DNA of 36,894 nucleotides from Acidobacteriota bacterium (GTDB lineage: Bacteria > Acidobacteriota > UBA6911 > JACQSX01): assembly GCA_036507075.1 (NCBI GenBank), contig DASXQR010000063.1, positions 1 through 36,894 of the forward strand. Reading direction: 5' to 3'. Of the stretch, positions 34,697 through 36,894 are shown one piece after another. Within the stretch, counting starts at the first letter, position 1, and each line of letters begins with the position of its first letter. The translations under genes were made by a program, and so were the position numbers. The notes beneath the pieces are model-generated. The model saw nothing but the letters and a program-made list of their open reading frames with translations. It did no database searches and was not told the origin of the DNA.

Positions 34697-36894
34697 ATGA
34701 GATCGGTAATCGCTCGGTTGAGCTTTCGTTCTCAATCGGCTTCCCAGTTTACGAGTTTCTTACGACTGGTCTTAACCGTTTTACTAGGGCTGGTAATCTG
34801 TTACGGTCAAACCGTTACTGGGACTCTCTCCGGGACTGTGTCGGACGCGACCCGGGCTACCGTTCCGGGGGCCACTGTAACGGCGACCAACGTGAATACG
34901 GGTATCGAGACGGTAACGACGACCGACCTGAATGGAAATTACATCTTTCCGTCGCTTAACCCTGGTACATACGCCATCACAGTAACGATGCCGGGCTTCA
35001 AATCCACGTTAATCTCCAACATTAAGCTGCTGGTTGACCAGAAGGCAAGCGTTGATGCCCAATTGGAAGTCGGCGAGGTCAGCACGAAAATCGAAATCAC
35101 GGGTACGACGCCGTTGCTACAGAATGCGACTGCCAGTGTTGGAACCGTGATTGGAGAGCAGGAGGTTGTAGCTCTTCCCTTAAACTTACGCCGATACGGA
35201 GCGTTGGCTGTGCTTGGTCCGGGCGCGGTCACCAGCATAACCGGCCCCAACCAGACCGGTTCATTCTACGAATCAGCTTTCAGCGAGACAACTTACAATT
35301 CAAACGGCGCCCGAAGTGCCAGCAACAACTACCTGATTGACGGGATTGATTCCAGAAACACTTACATCGGGGGCTTTTCGGTTCAGCCGCCTCCGGACGC
35401 CGTACAAGAATTCAAGATTCAGACGAACGTTTACGACGCTGCGTTCGGCAAGTCCGCAGGCTCAACCATTAACTTGGTCTTAAAATCTGGCACCAACGAT
35501 ATTCACGGAGTTGTTTACGAGTTTTTGCGCAACGATAAGCTGGATGCGCGGAACTTTTTCGCCACTAACCAGATCGATCCCGTGACCAAGCAGGAAATTC
35601 CGGGTTCGGCGCGACCGAAATTTATCCGAAACCAGTTCGGGGTCGGGGTCGGTGGACCTATCCGGAAAGACAAGACTTTCTTTTTTGCAAATTATGAAGG
35701 AACGCGCGAGCAGAAGGGCTTGACGCAGACAGCCTTAGTTCCCACGGACGCTCAGAAGGCGGGCGACTTCAGTTCTCTTCTGACAGGACAAACGATTAAT
35801 CTTTGCGGCGCGGGCGGCCCTTCGAACCTGAACTTTGACAGGGGTCAGCTTTTCCATCCGGCTAGCGAAGGGCTTTTCACCTGTCCGGCCGGCAGCGCAT
35901 TGGCGGGCTCCACTATTCTGACCGGGGATCCGATTCCCGGAAACAGGATCACAAGCATCGATCCTGTCGCGCAGAAAATGTTGGCATTCTTTCCTTCTCC
36001 CAACCGGCCAGGTACACCCAACTTTGTCAATCAGGAACCCCGTATTCGGAACGACAATCAATTTGTAGTGAGAATTGACCATTCTTTAGGGCAGAAGGAT
36101 CAATTGTCGGGCCGGTATGTATTTGGCCAGAGCCACATTCTTGGCGACCCGACGATCGCAGCGTCAGCACTCCCCGTGTTCGCCAGTAAGGTGGATTACC
36201 GAGGCCAGAATGCAGGATTGAGCTGGACGCACACCTTCGGGCCGCGCTTGCTCAATGAAGCGCGTATCGGCTATCAGAGGGAGAGGCCTTTCTTACAGTG
36301 TGCAGGCTGTCCCCGTCCGCCCGGAACACTTGCCGGTCTCGGTATCAAAAACCTGCAAGCGATCTCGCCTGCCTTGGAAGGGCTGCCCGCCTTCGTCGTT
36401 TCAAACTTTTTGACTCTGGGTGATGCCACACCGACCGGGCTTCCAGGGCAGCACGAAGTCTACCAGGATAAGCTGACCTGGATCCGCGGTCGCCACGTGG
36501 TCGCTTTGGGGATTGACATGCAACTCTACCAGATCCTTCGAAAAGTATCGCCCGCCCTGGCGTTCGGACGCATTAGCTTCGACGGTCGATTCTCGTCCCT
36601 GGCAGGGAAGATTCCCGGTGTGGGAGGCGTCGCCGGCCTGGCAGACTTCTTGCTCGGTTATCCCGACACGGCACAGCGATTAATTTCCTGGCAGCCCGCT
36701 TACTACATAGGCGGGGGCTATTGGAATTTCTATGCCCATGATGATTTCAAGATCAGCCGGAACCTTACCCTGAATATGGGATTGCGGTATGAGTATCGCC
36801 GGCCGCCAGAAGAAAAGGGGAGTCAGATGGTGCAGTTCCAACCTTTGGGACCTGCGTTTTCCGGGCCCGGGAATGGAATTTTAGTGAGCTCGGC
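34697..36894 (+). CDS. TonB-dependent receptor, Oar-like (5' part; runs off the window)
   Basis: Absent from the ORF track because there is no stop. SD AAGGAGG and ATG 34697. Translation MRSVIARLSF...GQTVTGTLSGTVSDATRATVPGATV...LPLNLRRY...DAVQEFKIQT...KSGTNDIHG...RNQFG...GGPIRKDKTFFF...LNMGLRYEY. Confidence 0.93.
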   Translation, partial: MRSVIARLSFRSQSASQFTSFLRLVLTVLLGLVICYGQTVTGTLSGTVSDATRATVPGATVTATNVNTGIETVTTTDLNGNYIFPSLNPGTYAITVTMPGFKSTLISNIKLLVDQKASVDAQLEVGEVSTKIEITGTTPLLQNATASVGTVIGEQEVVALPLNLRRYGALAVLGPGAVTSITGPNQTGSFYESAFSETTYNSNGARSASNNYLIDGIDSRNTYIGGFSVQPPPDAVQEFKIQTNVYDAAFGKSAGSTINLVLKSGTNDIHGVVYEFLRNDKLDARNFFATNQIDPVTKQEIPGSARPKFIRNQFGVGVGGPIRKDKTFFFANYEGTREQKGLTQTALVPTDAQKAGDFSSLLTGQTINLCGAGGPSNLNFDRGQLFHPASEGLFTCPAGSALAGSTILTGDPIPGNRITSIDPVAQKMLAFFPSPNRPGTPNFVNQEPRIRNDNQFVVRIDHSLGQKDQLSGRYVFGQSHILGDPTIAASALPVFASKVDYRGQNAGLSWTHTFGPRLLNEARIGYQRERPFLQCAGCPRPPGTLAGLGIKNLQAISPALEGLPAFVVSNFLTLGDATPTGLPGQHEVYQDKLTWIRGRHVVALGIDMQLYQILRKVSPALAFGRISFDGRFSSLAGKIPGVGGVAGLADFLLGYPDTAQRLISWQPAYYIGGGYWNFYAHDDFKISRNLTLNMGLRYEYRRPPEEKGSQMVQFQPLGPAFSGPGNGILVSS

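Noticed and set aside
1..36894. CRISPR arrays, tRNA/rRNA genes, integrases, transposases, defence or toxin genes
   Set aside because: None seen on either strand by manual reading.

Overview
A gene-dense bacterial accessory region, most likely from an Acidobacteriota genome (inferred from two Oar-type TonB-dependent receptors, a CRTAC1/ASPIC-UnbV protein with TPR neighbours and several Tat-exported hydrolases). It is dominated by uptake and catabolism of carbohydrate-like substrates. (1) A leftward operon (7229->302) encodes an M24-fold protein with degenerate metal ligands, a Tat-exported fucosidase-like glycoside hydrolase, a DUF6786-like protein, a RhaT-family symporter, a small hidden ORF and a Gfo/Idh/MocA oxidoreductase. 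(2) Two more Gfo/Idh/MocA and two SDR oxidoreductases. (3) A ceramidase-like / DUF6067-like / CRTAC1 cluster, two divergent TPR genes and an NTF2-like gene. (4) A GlcG/HbpS gene followed by a collapsed relic of an N-methylglutamate-pathway-like operon (glxB 5' part joined to a glnT/gmaS 3' part), then an SSS transporter, a small membrane protein, a GNAT and an M28 peptidase. (5) A Tat protein of unknown function, an amidohydrolase, TonB-dependent receptor 1, a sulfatase, a 269-bp MITE-like element and TonB-dependent receptor 2 (truncated by the window end). The most striking observation is at 1354-1590 (-). The TGA that the ORF track treats as the RhaT stop (1408-1410) is followed after exactly 11 nt by a GGUG-capped hairpin with bacterial SECIS geometry. 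The same frame then runs 17 more codons to a stop that overlaps the next start codon (GTGA). This points to an unannotated 78-aa selenoprotein (or a RhaT-selenoprotein fusion) inside a sugar-catabolic operon. Family names are recognised from motifs by eye; no database search was run.
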